32,000 nt of DNA, taken from Candidatus Karelsulcia muelleri. GTDB lineage: Bacteria > Bacteroidota > Bacteroidia > Flavobacteriales > Blattabacteriaceae. The stretch lies in the NCBI RefSeq assembly GCF_016888765.1, contig NZ_CP069423.1:30001-62000 (forward strand), read 5' to 3'. The notes under the pieces are model-generated. The model saw only the letters and a list, made by a program, of their open reading frames with translations. It was not told where the DNA came from and searched no databases. The position numbers were made by a program, and so were the translations under genes. How positions within the stretch are numbered: the stretch's first letter is position 1; every line of letters starts with the position of its first letter. This document shows, in pieces, positions 18,769 through 26,849 of this stretch.

Positions 18769-19947
18769 ATGAATAGAGTAATTGTCGGTTTATCAGGAGG
18801 AGTAGATTCAAGTGTTGCCGCCTTAATATTAAAGAAGAAGGGATACGAAGTAATAGGAATATATCTTAAAAATAATTCTCAAAATTCTTTCTGTGATTGG
18901 GAAGAAGAAAGTATATCAGCTCTTATGGTATCCCAACAACTTGGGATACCCTTTTATATATTTGATATAACTAATTATTATAAAAAAATAATTTTTGATT
19001 ATACAATTAATGAATATATTGGTGGGAAAACCCCTAACCCAGATGTACTATGTAATAATAAAATAAAATTCAAGATTTTTATAAAAAAATCAGTAATTTT
19101 AAAAGCAGATTATATTGCTACGGGTCATTACGTCAGAAAAAAAAAAACCTATCTAGCAGGAAAAACCATTTATAAACTATTTCCTGCTTTAGATAATAAA
19201 AAAGATCAATCTTATTTTTTATGTAATTTAAATCAAACTCAAATAAAAAAATCCTTATTTCCACTTGGAAAACTTAATAAAGAAAAGGTTAGAAAAATAG
19301 CCGAAGCTGCTAAATTAATTAATGCTAAAAGAAAAGATTCTCAAGGAATTTGTTTTTTAGGAAAAATTAATTTGTCTACAGTTATTAAGAAAAAAATAAA
19401 GAATAAATTAGGAAAAATTATAATTATAAATAAAAACTGTAAAGTTTATAAAAACAAGATATTATATGGCAGATCTACTCTAGAAAAATTAGATATTTTA
19501 TCACAAAAAATAAACTATAGACCTAAATATGGGAAAATAATAGGCTATCATAAAGGGGTGTCTTATTTTACAAAAGGACAAAGAAAAGGTCTCAAAATAG
19601 GAGGCTTAAGTAAACCAATATTTGTTATAGAGAAAGATTTAAAACAAAATATATTATATGTCGGACTAGGGAATCACCATCCTGGCTTATTTAATTCAGT
19701 AATTTTTATAAAAACAGAAAATATTAATTGGATTTATAAAAAATATAAAAATTTAATTGATAAAAAAAATCCTTTTAAAGTAAAAGCTAAGATACGCTCA
19801 AGACAAAGGTTTCAACTGGCCAGTTTATATAATATTAAACAAGGGATATATATTTATTTTAATTCTCCTCAACGAGCTCTGTCAGCTGGACAATATATAG
19901 TATTGTATTTTAGAAATGAATTAATTGGTTCTTGCTTGTATAATTAG
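18769..19947 (+). CDS. mnmA: tRNA 2-thiouridine(34) synthase MnmA
   Basis: 392 aa. PP-loop VIVGLSGGVDSSVAA, NPDVLCN, ATGHY, KDQSYFL, and DSQGICF catalytic Cys context. Confidence 0.9.
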   Translation: MNRVIVGLSGGVDSSVAALILKKKGYEVIGIYLKNNSQNSFCDWEEESISALMVSQQLGIPFYIFDITNYYKKIIFDYTINEYIGGKTPNPDVLCNNKIKFKIFIKKSVILKADYIATGHYVRKKKTYLAGKTIYKLFPALDNKKDQSYFLCNLNQTQIKKSLFPLGKLNKEKVRKIAEAAKLINAKRKDSQGICFLGKINLSTVIKKKIKNKLGKIIIINKNCKVYKNKILYGRSTLEKLDILSQKINYRPKYGKIIGYHKGVSYFTKGQRKGLKIGGLSKPIFVIEKDLKQNILYVGLGNHHPGLFNSVIFIKTENINWIYKKYKNLIDKKNPFKVKAKIRSRQRFQLASLYNIKQGIYIYFNSPQRALSAGQYIVLYFRNELIGSCLYN

Positions 19948-21001
19948 TGGAGATTTTAAATCTCCAATTAAAAGGATCATTGGATAAATTATGCTGTATA
20001 TCTAATATATATTTTTTAAAATAATAAGAAATTCTGTTTTTATTATTTAAAGCAGGTAATATATAATTACTGTTTTGTATACTAATTAATTTTAAAGGAT
20101 TAATTATTACAGCAGTACCACTACCAAAGATTTCATTAACTAAGTTTTTTTTAAAATAGTATTTTAATTCTTCAACAGTTAAGTATCTTTCCTCTACTTT
20201 AATTTTATTTCTTTTTGCTATATCTATAATACTTTTACGAGTTACTCCATTAAGAATTTTCTCATCTGCTGGAGCCGTAATCAGACAATTTTTAATATAA
20301 AAAAACACATTCATAGTACCAGCTTCTTCAATAATGGAATGTGTAGCTGAATCAGTCCATAAAATTTGATCATAACCTTCTGCTTTAGCTTTTTGGGTTG
20401 GAAAAAATGAAGCCGCATAGTTTCCTGCTGCTTTAATAAAGCCAATTCCACCATTAGTAGATCTACTATATTTTTGTTCTATTTTAACTTTTAATGGTCT
20501 GGAATAATAATTATTTACAGGGGTACAAATAACTAAAAAAATATAATTTGAACTTGGTTTGGCTGATAAGGGACCAGCTGAGGCTATCATAAAGGGTCTG
20601 ATATATAATGAATATCCATATTTCATTGGAATCCAATTCTTATCCAAGTTTAATAAATTAATTAATCCCTCAAAAAATATATTATATGGAATAGTTGGCA
20701 TTGCTAAACGTTTAGCGGAAATATTCAAACGATGAAAATTTTCTAAAGGTCTAAATAAAAAAACATTTTTTTCTTTATCTTTGAATGCTTTCATACCTTC
20801 AAAAATTGCTTGACCATAATGAAAAACTAAAGTAATTGGAGAAAAACTAAAATTACTAAATGGTTTTATTATAGGTTCATTCCAAGTTTCATTTTTATAT
20901 TCACAATATAATATATGATCAGAAAAATATTTTCCAAAAGGAATATCTATCTCCCAATTAATTTTATCTATACTAGATATTTGGCATTTTTCAATACGCA
21001 T
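19910..21001 (-). CDS. ilvE: branched-chain amino-acid aminotransferase
   Basis: 363 aa, fold-type IV pattern: FEGMKAF, YIRPF, IKAAGNYAAS (PLP Lys), EEAGTMNVFF, ILNGVTR. Its 3' end overlaps the mnmA 3' end by 38 nt. Confidence 0.85.
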   Translation of the reverse strand: MRIEKCQISSIDKINWEIDIPFGKYFSDHILYCEYKNETWNEPIIKPFSNFSFSPITLVFHYGQAIFEGMKAFKDKEKNVFLFRPLENFHRLNISAKRLAMPTIPYNIFFEGLINLLNLDKNWIPMKYGYSLYIRPFMIASAGPLSAKPSSNYIFLVICTPVNNYYSRPLKVKIEQKYSRSTNGGIGFIKAAGNYAASFFPTQKAKAEGYDQILWTDSATHSIIEEAGTMNVFFYIKNCLITAPADEKILNGVTRKSIIDIAKRNKIKVEERYLTVEELKYYFKKNLVNEIFGSGTAVIINPLKLISIQNSNYILPALNNKNRISYYFKKYILDIQHNLSNDPFNWRFKISTNYTSKNQLIHF

Positions 21002-21070
21002 ATATTAACATTCTTATTATGAGTCTTCTGCTTAGATTAAGCTTAATATTAAGAAGCAATAAAAATCTTA

Positions 21071-21523
21071 ATGATTTTACAAATTATTAAATATGGAGAT
21101 AAAATTTTACATAAAAAATGTAAAAAGATAAAACAGAATATTTTCTTCGAAGGTCTCTTTGAAAATATGTTTAATACATTACTTGAAAATATGTTTAATA
21201 CATTACTTAAGTATGGAGGAGTAGGTTTAGCTGCTCCTCAAATTGGGATTTCTTTGCGATTATTTATAATCAATTCTTTTGATTCAAGAAAAAACATTTT
21301 TTTAAATACTAAAATTTTAAAACAATTTGGAGTTTATAAAGAGTATTGCGAAGGTTGTTTAAGTCTACCGAAAAGTTTTTATAGAATTAAAAGGAAAGAA
21401 ATCATTTTAATTGAATATTTTGATGAAAAGTGGAGACGACATAATATACATATTAAAGGTTTTTTAGCTCGCGTTATTTTACATGAATCTGATCATATAA
21501 ATGGAAAACTTATAATTCTTTAA
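21071..21523 (+). CDS. def: peptide deformylase
   Basis: 150 aa with the three PDF motifs GVGLAAPQIG, EGCLS and HESDHING. Contains an internal perfect 8-aa duplication. Confidence 0.9.
   Translation: MILQIIKYGDKILHKKCKKIKQNIFFEGLFENMFNTLLENMFNTLLKYGGVGLAAPQIGISLRLFIINSFDSRKNIFLNTKILKQFGVYKEYCEGCLSLPKSFYRIKRKEIILIEYFDEKWRRHNIHIKGFLARVILHESDHINGKLIIL
21161..21208 (+). repeat. perfect 24-bp tandem duplication inside def (ENMFNTLL x2)
   Basis: GAAAATATGTTTAATACATTACTT occurs at 21161-21184 and again at 21185-21208, in frame. Confidence 0.97.
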
Positions 21524-21851
21524 TCAGTTTCTTAAAGAGATTATATTTATTAATAATAATATTTGATATCGTTTTACGAGTTAATTTTAAATTCTTATTT
21601 TTTAATATATTAATAAAATTAGAATAATTGAAACCAAATTTTCGAACAGCAGTATTAATTCTAATAATCCATAGCTTTCTAAAATTACGTTTTTTTTGTT
21701 TTCTACCTATATATGAGTAACACCTAGATTTTTCTACTGCATTTTTGGCAACAGTGTATAATTTACTTCTAGCACCATAAAAACCTTTTGCTAGTTTTAA
21801 AATCTTTTTCCTTTTTTTTTTAGCTGCAACTGAATTAACTGATCTTGGCAT
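21510..21851 (-). CDS. rplT: 50S ribosomal protein L20
   Basis: 113 aa: MPRSVNSVAAKKKRKKILKLAKGFYGARSKLYTVAKNAVEKS... Part of the conserved infC-rpmI-rplT order. Confidence 0.95.
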   Translation of the reverse strand: MPRSVNSVAAKKKRKKILKLAKGFYGARSKLYTVAKNAVEKSRCYSYIGRKQKKRNFRKLWIIRINTAVRKFGFNYSNFINILKNKNLKLTRKTISNIIINKYNLFKKLIKEL

Positions 21852-21854
21852 ATA

Positions 21855-22061
21855 TTATAATAATAATAATTTTTTTATTTTAGTTTTTAGATAATTATTG
21901 ATTATATCTAAATTAGATAATCTTCTTTTCCTTTTCTTAGATTTTTTAGTTAATATATGATTTTTAAAAGCTTTTTTTCTTTTGAGTAAACCCTTACTGG
22001 TTATTTTAATTCTTTTTTTTAAACTTGATTTCCTTCTTAATTTCTTTTTTTTTATTTTCAT
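21855..22061 (-). CDS. rpmI: 50S ribosomal protein L35
   Basis: 68 aa, highly basic, with ..KRIKITSKG..FKNHILTKKSKKRKRRL. Position between infC and rplT. Confidence 0.85.
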   Translation of the reverse strand: MKIKKKKLRRKSSLKKRIKITSKGLLKRKKAFKNHILTKKSKKRKRRLSNLDIINNYLKTKIKKLLLL

Positions 22062-22073
22062 TTATTTAGTCAT

Positions 22074-22595
22074 TTAGTTTAGTTTATGTGAAACTTTAGG
22101 TATTAATACTATAAACATTTTTTTTTCTTCCATTCTTGGTGGAATTTCTACTTTGGTAATATTACTAAGTAATTCAATACATTTTAATAACATTTTTTCT
22201 CCTAAATATTTGTAAAATATACTTCTACCTTTAAAAAAGATAGAAAATTTAACTTTATTATTAGATTTTAATATTTTTTTAGCATTTTCGATTTTAAACG
22301 ATAAATCATGTATATTAGTCTGAGAAGTTAGTCTTATTTCTTTAGTCAAAATTACATTTTTTTTATATTTTTTTTTACTTTTTTTTAAGTTATATAAAAA
22401 TTTACTAAAATTCATGGCTTTACAAATTGTCGGAGTAACTTTTGGATTAATTTCTACTAAATCTAGAGAAAGATCTTTGGCTATTTTTAAAGCTTGTTTT
22501 AATGGGTAAACTTTTGGTTTAATGTTTTTTCCAACTAATCTGACTACTTTTGATCTTATTTCAGAATTTATTTTATATTTTATTTGTTTTATCAA
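22074..22595 (-). CDS. infC: translation initiation factor IF-3
   Basis: 173 aa with INSEIRSKVVRLVG......ALKIAKDLSLDLVEINP. No in-frame ATG lies upstream of the conserved N-terminus, and the first usable start is TTG (22595-22593). This fits the non-AUG starts typical of infC. Confidence 0.9.
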   Translation of the reverse strand: MIKQIKYKINSEIRSKVVRLVGKNIKPKVYPLKQALKIAKDLSLDLVEINPKVTPTICKAMNFSKFLYNLKKSKKKYKKNVILTKEIRLTSQTNIHDLSFKIENAKKILKSNNKVKFSIFFKGRSIFYKYLGEKMLLKCIELLSNITKVEIPPRMEEKKMFIVLIPKVSHKLN

Positions 22596-22628
22596 ATTTT
22601 GGAGTTTTTCTTGATAAGATTAGTAGGG

Positions 22629-24491
22629 TTATTTAACCTCTTCATAATCTACATCTTGTACTTGGGAATCACTAGAGTTTTTCTTATCGTTTTCGTTTTT
22701 ATTAAAAATTTCTTGTGAAATAGCCCAAAATTTATTAATCTTATTAACATATTTCTCAATATCTAGAAAGTTTTTATTACTTGTAGCTTGTTTTAATTTT
22801 AATAAATAAGTTTCTATATTTTTTAGTTTTTCAGGAGTTAATTTGTTTCCATATTCTTTAATATATTTCTCAGATTGAAAAATTAATGTATCAGCATAAT
22901 TAATTTGATCGATTTCTTTTTTCAATTTTTCGTCTCTTTCATAATTTTTTTCGGCCTCTTTTTTCATTTTTTCTATATCTTCTTTGCTTAAACCAGAAGA
23001 AGCTTGAATTCTAATTCTTTGTTCTCTTCCAGTTCCTTTTTCTTTAGCAGAAACATTTAAAATGCCATTAGCATCTATATCAAAACATACTTCTATTTGA
23101 GGTATTCCTCTTGGAGCTGGCGGAATGTCAACTAAATCAAATTGCCCAATTTCTTTATTATCTTTAAATAATGGTCTTTCTCCTTGTCCCACTTTAACTG
23201 TTACCGCTGATTGGTTATCAATTGCTGTAGAAAATATCTCGGATTTTCTAGTTGGTATTGTCGTGTTAGCTTCTATTAACTTAGTAAAAACACCTCCTAA
23301 GGTTTCTATTCCTAAAGACAATGGAGTTACATCTAATAATAAAACATCTTTTACATCACCTGCTAATACTCCACCTTGAATAGCGGCACCAATAGCTACG
23401 ACTTCATCTGGATTAACTCCTTTTGAAGGAACTCTTTGAAAAAATTTCTCTACTTCTTCTTGAATTTTTGGGATTCTAGTTGATCCCCCTACTAAAATAA
23501 CTTCATTTATATCTTTTACTTTTAAAGCGGCAGCTTTTAAAGCCTCTTTACAAGGAGAAATAGATCTTTTAACTAATTGATCAGATAACTCTTCAAATTT
23601 GGCTCTTGTTAAGGTTTTAACTAAATGTTTTGGTCCAGTTGAGGTTGCTGTTATATAAGGTAAATTAATTTCTGTTTTAGTACTAGAAGAAAGTTCAATT
23701 TTGGATTTTTCTGCTGATTCTTTTAGTCTTTGATGTGCAATAGGATCATTCCCAAGATTTATTCCTTGTTCTGCTTTAAATTCTGTTATTAACCAATTGA
23801 TTATAATTTTATCAAAATCATCTCCTCCGAGATGAGTATCACCGTTTGTTGATAAGACTTCAAACACTCCATCTCCCAATTCAAGAATTGAAATATCAAA
23901 AGTGCCACCACCTAAATCATAAACTACTATTTTTTTATTTTGATTATTTTTATCTAAGCCATAAGCCAAAGCAGCTGCTGTTGGCTCATTGATTATTCGG
24001 GCTACTTCTAGTCCAGCAATTTCACCCGCCTCTTTAGTAGCTTGACGTTGTGAATCATTAAAATATGCTGGGACTGTAATTACCGCTTTAGTAACTTTAT
24101 ATCCTAAGTAATCTGCAGCAGTTTGTTTCATTTTTTGAAGTATCATTGCAGATATTTCTTGTGGAGAATATAATTTTTTCTCTATTTTTACTCTTGGAGT
24201 ATCGTTTTCACCTTTAATAATTTCATATGGTACATATTTTAATTCTTCCATTACTTCAGAATATTTTCTCCCCATAAAACGTTTAATAGAGAATATAGTA
24301 TTTTTAGGATTAGTTACTGCTTGGCGTTTAGCTGGGTCACCTATTTTCATTTCTCCTCCTTCGGTAAAGGCTATTATTGAAGGGGTGGTACGTTTTCCTT
24401 CAGAATTTGGTATAACCGTTGGACCATTTACTTCAATAACTGAAACACAAGAATTAGTAGTACCTAAATCTATACCTATTATTTTATTCAT
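22629..24491 (-). CDS. dnaK: molecular chaperone DnaK (Hsp70)
   Basis: 620 aa with [41 protein letters not shown], and a C-terminal lid. Confidence 0.98.
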   Translation of the reverse strand: MNKIIGIDLGTTNSCVSVIEVNGPTVIPNSEGKRTTPSIIAFTEGGEMKIGDPAKRQAVTNPKNTIFSIKRFMGRKYSEVMEELKYVPYEIIKGENDTPRVKIEKKLYSPQEISAMILQKMKQTAADYLGYKVTKAVITVPAYFNDSQRQATKEAGEIAGLEVARIINEPTAAALAYGLDKNNQNKKIVVYDLGGGTFDISILELGDGVFEVLSTNGDTHLGGDDFDKIIINWLITEFKAEQGINLGNDPIAHQRLKESAEKSKIELSSSTKTEINLPYITATSTGPKHLVKTLTRAKFEELSDQLVKRSISPCKEALKAAALKVKDINEVILVGGSTRIPKIQEEVEKFFQRVPSKGVNPDEVVAIGAAIQGGVLAGDVKDVLLLDVTPLSLGIETLGGVFTKLIEANTTIPTRKSEIFSTAIDNQSAVTVKVGQGERPLFKDNKEIGQFDLVDIPPAPRGIPQIEVCFDIDANGILNVSAKEKGTGREQRIRIQASSGLSKEDIEKMKKEAEKNYERDEKLKKEIDQINYADTLIFQSEKYIKEYGNKLTPEKLKNIETYLLKLKQATSNKNFLDIEKYVNKINKFWAISQEIFNKNENDKKNSSDSQVQDVDYEEVK

Positions 24492-24511
24492 GTTAAATTC
24501 AAATTAAACCT

Positions 24512-24580
24512 TAATATAATATAATATAATATAATATAATATAATATAATATAATATAATATAATATAATATAATATTAT
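24512..24580. repeat. pentanucleotide microsatellite (ATAAT)12 with imperfect flanking units
   Basis: Read directly: 12 perfect ATAAT units at 24516-24575, preceded by a partial TAAT and followed by an ATTAT variant. Lies in the 100-nt divergent spacer between dnaK and rplM. Confidence 0.95.
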
Positions 24581-24591
24581 AACTCAAAACA

Positions 24592-24990
24592 GTGAAAACA
24601 AAAATTAATTGGTATATTTTTAATGCCTTTAATCAACGTCTCGGACGTTTAGCATCTGTTATTGCTTGTATAATTATTGGAAAACATCAAATTAATTTTT
24701 CTCCACATAGTTATGGAGATAAAGTTATTATTATTAACGCTAAACATATAATTTTAGGAGGGAGTAAAAAAAAGAAGAAAACATATATTAGTTATAGTGG
24801 ATATCCAGGAGGTAAAAAAGTAAAGAAAGTATCTGAATTAATAAAAACCAGACCAGAATTTATAATTAGAAAAGCTGTATTAGGTATGTTACCTAAAAAT
24901 TATTTTAAAAAAAAAATAAAAAATTTATATATATTTCCTAATAATAGACATAATATTAAAAATGTTAATAATGTTAAATATTTTTATTAA
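24592..24990 (+). CDS. rplM: 50S ribosomal protein L13
   Basis: 132 aa. GTG start followed by KTKINWYIFNA (matches the ..WY..DA N-terminus of L13), then GRLAS.IA..L.GKH and YSGYPGG. Confidence 0.9.
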   Translation: MKTKINWYIFNAFNQRLGRLASVIACIIIGKHQINFSPHSYGDKVIIINAKHIILGGSKKKKKTYISYSGYPGGKKVKKVSELIKTRPEFIIRKAVLGMLPKNYFKKKIKNLYIFPNNRHNIKNVNNVKYFY

Positions 24991-25373
24991 TGAAAAAATA
25001 TATTTCTAATTCTGTAGGACGTAGAAAAACTTCAGTAGCAAGATTATATCTTAAACCAGGGACTGGTAAAATTATTATTAATAATAAAACTTTTTTAAAA
25101 CACTATGGTTTGAAGAATAAAATATTTCAACCATTAGAACTAACTAATAATAATGGGAAATTTGATATTTATATTAATATATATGGTGGCGGAGTCACTA
25201 GTCAAGCTGAAGCTATTATTTTAGCTCTATCTAGAAGTTTATGTAAAATACAGAAATCTGCTAGAAAAATCTTAAAACTAAAGAAATTACTTACTCGTGA
25301 CTCGAGAATGGTAGAACGAAAAAAATATGGGAGAAAGAAATCTCGTAAGAAGTTTCAATTTTCAAAAAGGTAA
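24990..25373 (+). CDS. rpsI: 30S ribosomal protein S9
   Basis: 127 aa with GRRKTSVARLYLKPGTGKIIIN, GGGVTSQAEA, LTRDSRMVERKKYG..KSRKKFQFSKR. ATG overlaps the rplM stop (TAATG). Confidence 0.95.
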   Translation: MKKYISNSVGRRKTSVARLYLKPGTGKIIINNKTFLKHYGLKNKIFQPLELTNNNGKFDIYINIYGGGVTSQAEAIILALSRSLCKIQKSARKILKLKKLLTRDSRMVERKKYGRKKSRKKFQFSKR

Positions 25374-26086
25374 TGTATAAAGTCTCTAATTTATTAAAAG
25401 CTGGAGTTCATTTTGGACATGCTATATCTAAATTGAATCCAAAAATGAAACCTTATATTTTAAGGAAAAATAAGGGGATACATATAATCGATCTTTATAA
25501 GACTATCAAAAAATTATGCTTATCTTGTAATTATTTAAAGAAAATAGCTACTTCAGGGAAGGTAGTTTTATTTGTCGGAACCAAAAGACAAGCTAAAAAT
25601 ATAATTGCTTATTATGCTAAAAAGATTAATATGCCTTATATTAATGAACGTTGGCTGGGTGGATTATTAACTAATTTTTCTACAATACAAAAATCAATTT
25701 CTAAAATGAAAGTAATAGAAAAAAATAAGTCTTTAGGACTATATAACTTAATATCCAAAAAAGAAAGATTACTAATCTCACGAGTTCATAGTAAATTAAA
25801 AAAAAACTTAGGTACTGTTAGTCAACTCCAGGTTTTACCAGATTGTATCATTATTGTGGATATAAACAAAGAGAAACCAGCAGTTAATGAGGCCTTAAAA
25901 TTAGGAATTCCTATAGTTGGAATAGCTGATACTAATTCTAACCCTGATAAAATTAATTTTCCTATTCCTGGAAATGACGATAATTCTAAGTCAATTAACC
26001 TAATTTTATATTATATATCTAATGCTCTCGAAATAGGAATAGATTTATACTTGAAAAATAAAAAGAAATATTATGCAAAATCTTAA
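25373..26086 (+). CDS. rpsB: 30S ribosomal protein S2
   Basis: 237 aa with LLKAGVHFGH, FVGTKRQA, RWLGGLLTNF, VGIADTNSNPD. ATG overlaps the rpsI stop (TAATG). Confidence 0.95.
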   Translation: MYKVSNLLKAGVHFGHAISKLNPKMKPYILRKNKGIHIIDLYKTIKKLCLSCNYLKKIATSGKVVLFVGTKRQAKNIIAYYAKKINMPYINERWLGGLLTNFSTIQKSISKMKVIEKNKSLGLYNLISKKERLLISRVHSKLKKNLGTVSQLQVLPDCIIIVDINKEKPAVNEALKLGIPIVGIADTNSNPDKINFPIPGNDDNSKSINLILYYISNALEIGIDLYLKNKKKYYAKS

Positions 26087-26696
26087 ACAGATTAAGAAGT
26101 TAAGATCTCTTACTAGGGCCTCTCTTATGGCCTGTAAAAATGCAATTATTAAATCCAAAGGCAGACTAAATTTAGCGATTAATTTTTTGATTAATAATTC
26201 AAAGAATCTAAAAAAAAATTCTTTAAAAGAAAGTTTTCTAATATGCCGAAGAAATAAAAAGAAAAATAAAGCTGTAGCTATTCTAATAGCTACAGAAACT
26301 GAGTTTGTAACTCAAAACGATATTTTTAAAAAATTAGCTAATATTATCTTGGAGGTTGCGTTATTTGGTAAGAATAAAAACAAGATACTAAAATCTCAAA
26401 TTCTGAATAAATTCCCACTATTTAAAATAGTAAATTATTTCTCAAATCATATTTTTAATGAATCTATTGAGTTAAAAACAATTGTTTTTCTTGAAGCACC
26501 TTTTCTTAATTTTTATATACATCATAGTTGGAAGAAAGCAGCTTTAGTTGGGTTCTCAGATTATATTCCAAATTTGGAACAAATATCAAAAAATATAGCT
26601 ATACAATTAGTATGTAATACTAATTATAATCCGAGTTATTTTACAAAATTATTATTATATAAAAATATCAAACTGGTTACTTGTCTTAATACCTAG
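26073..26696 (+). CDS. tsf: elongation factor Ts, short and divergent form
   Basis: 207 aa. The N-terminal UBA-like segment IKKLRSLTRASLMACKNAIIKSKGRLNLAINFL matches the EF-Ts N-terminus, and the gene follows rpsB as usual (14-nt overlap). The rest is poorly conserved and short. Confidence 0.7.
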   Translation: MQNLKQIKKLRSLTRASLMACKNAIIKSKGRLNLAINFLINNSKNLKKNSLKESFLICRRNKKKNKAVAILIATETEFVTQNDIFKKLANIILEVALFGKNKNKILKSQILNKFPLFKIVNYFSNHIFNESIELKTIVFLEAPFLNFYIHHSWKKAALVGFSDYIPNLEQISKNIAIQLVCNTNYNPSYFTKLLLYKNIKLVTCLNT

Positions 26697-26771
26697 AGCG
26701 GGACTTGAACCCGCACAGCTGCTTGCTACAGGATTTTAAGTCCTGCGTGTATACCATTTCACCATCCAGGC
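26690..26771 (-). tRNA. tRNA-Leu (anticodon UAA), type II
   Basis: Reverse complement: acceptor GCCTGGA/TCTAGGT (two G-U pairs) plus A; anticodon stem CAGGA/TCCTG with loop CTTAAAA; long variable arm; T arm GCGGG-TTCAAGT-CCCGC. The 3' end overlaps the tsf stop region (opposite strand) by 7 nt. Confidence 0.88.
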
Positions 26772-26776
26772 TATTA

Positions 26777-26849
26777 AGCGAGAAACGGGATTTGAACCCG
26801 CGACCCTTACCTTGGCAAGGTAATACTCTACCAATTAAGCTATTCTCGC
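26777..26849 (-). tRNA. tRNA-Gly (anticodon GCC)
   Basis: Reverse complement: acceptor GCGAGAA/TTCTCGC plus U; anticodon stem TTACC/GGTAA with loop TTGCCAA; T arm GCGGG-TTCAAAT-CCCGT. The first 15 nt are also the last 4 codons plus stop of mutS. Confidence 0.92.

Noticed and set aside
21036-21053. Overlapping palindromes TTAAGCTTAA and CTTAATATTAAG in the ilvE/def spacer as a possible bidirectional rho-independent terminator.
   Set aside because: Both flanking genes start here and diverge, so a terminator makes no sense. The stems are almost pure A/T and would be very weak. I kept only the shared 12-mer as a finding.
24512-24580. Reading the ATAAT array as a stack of sigma70 -10 boxes, or as a CRISPR-like array.
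   Set aside because: The TATAAT reading is real as sequence. However, Bacteroidetes-type primary promoters use a different consensus (TTTG / TAnnTTTG), so I do not call it a promoter. It has no spacers and a 5-bp unit, so it is a microsatellite and not a CRISPR array.
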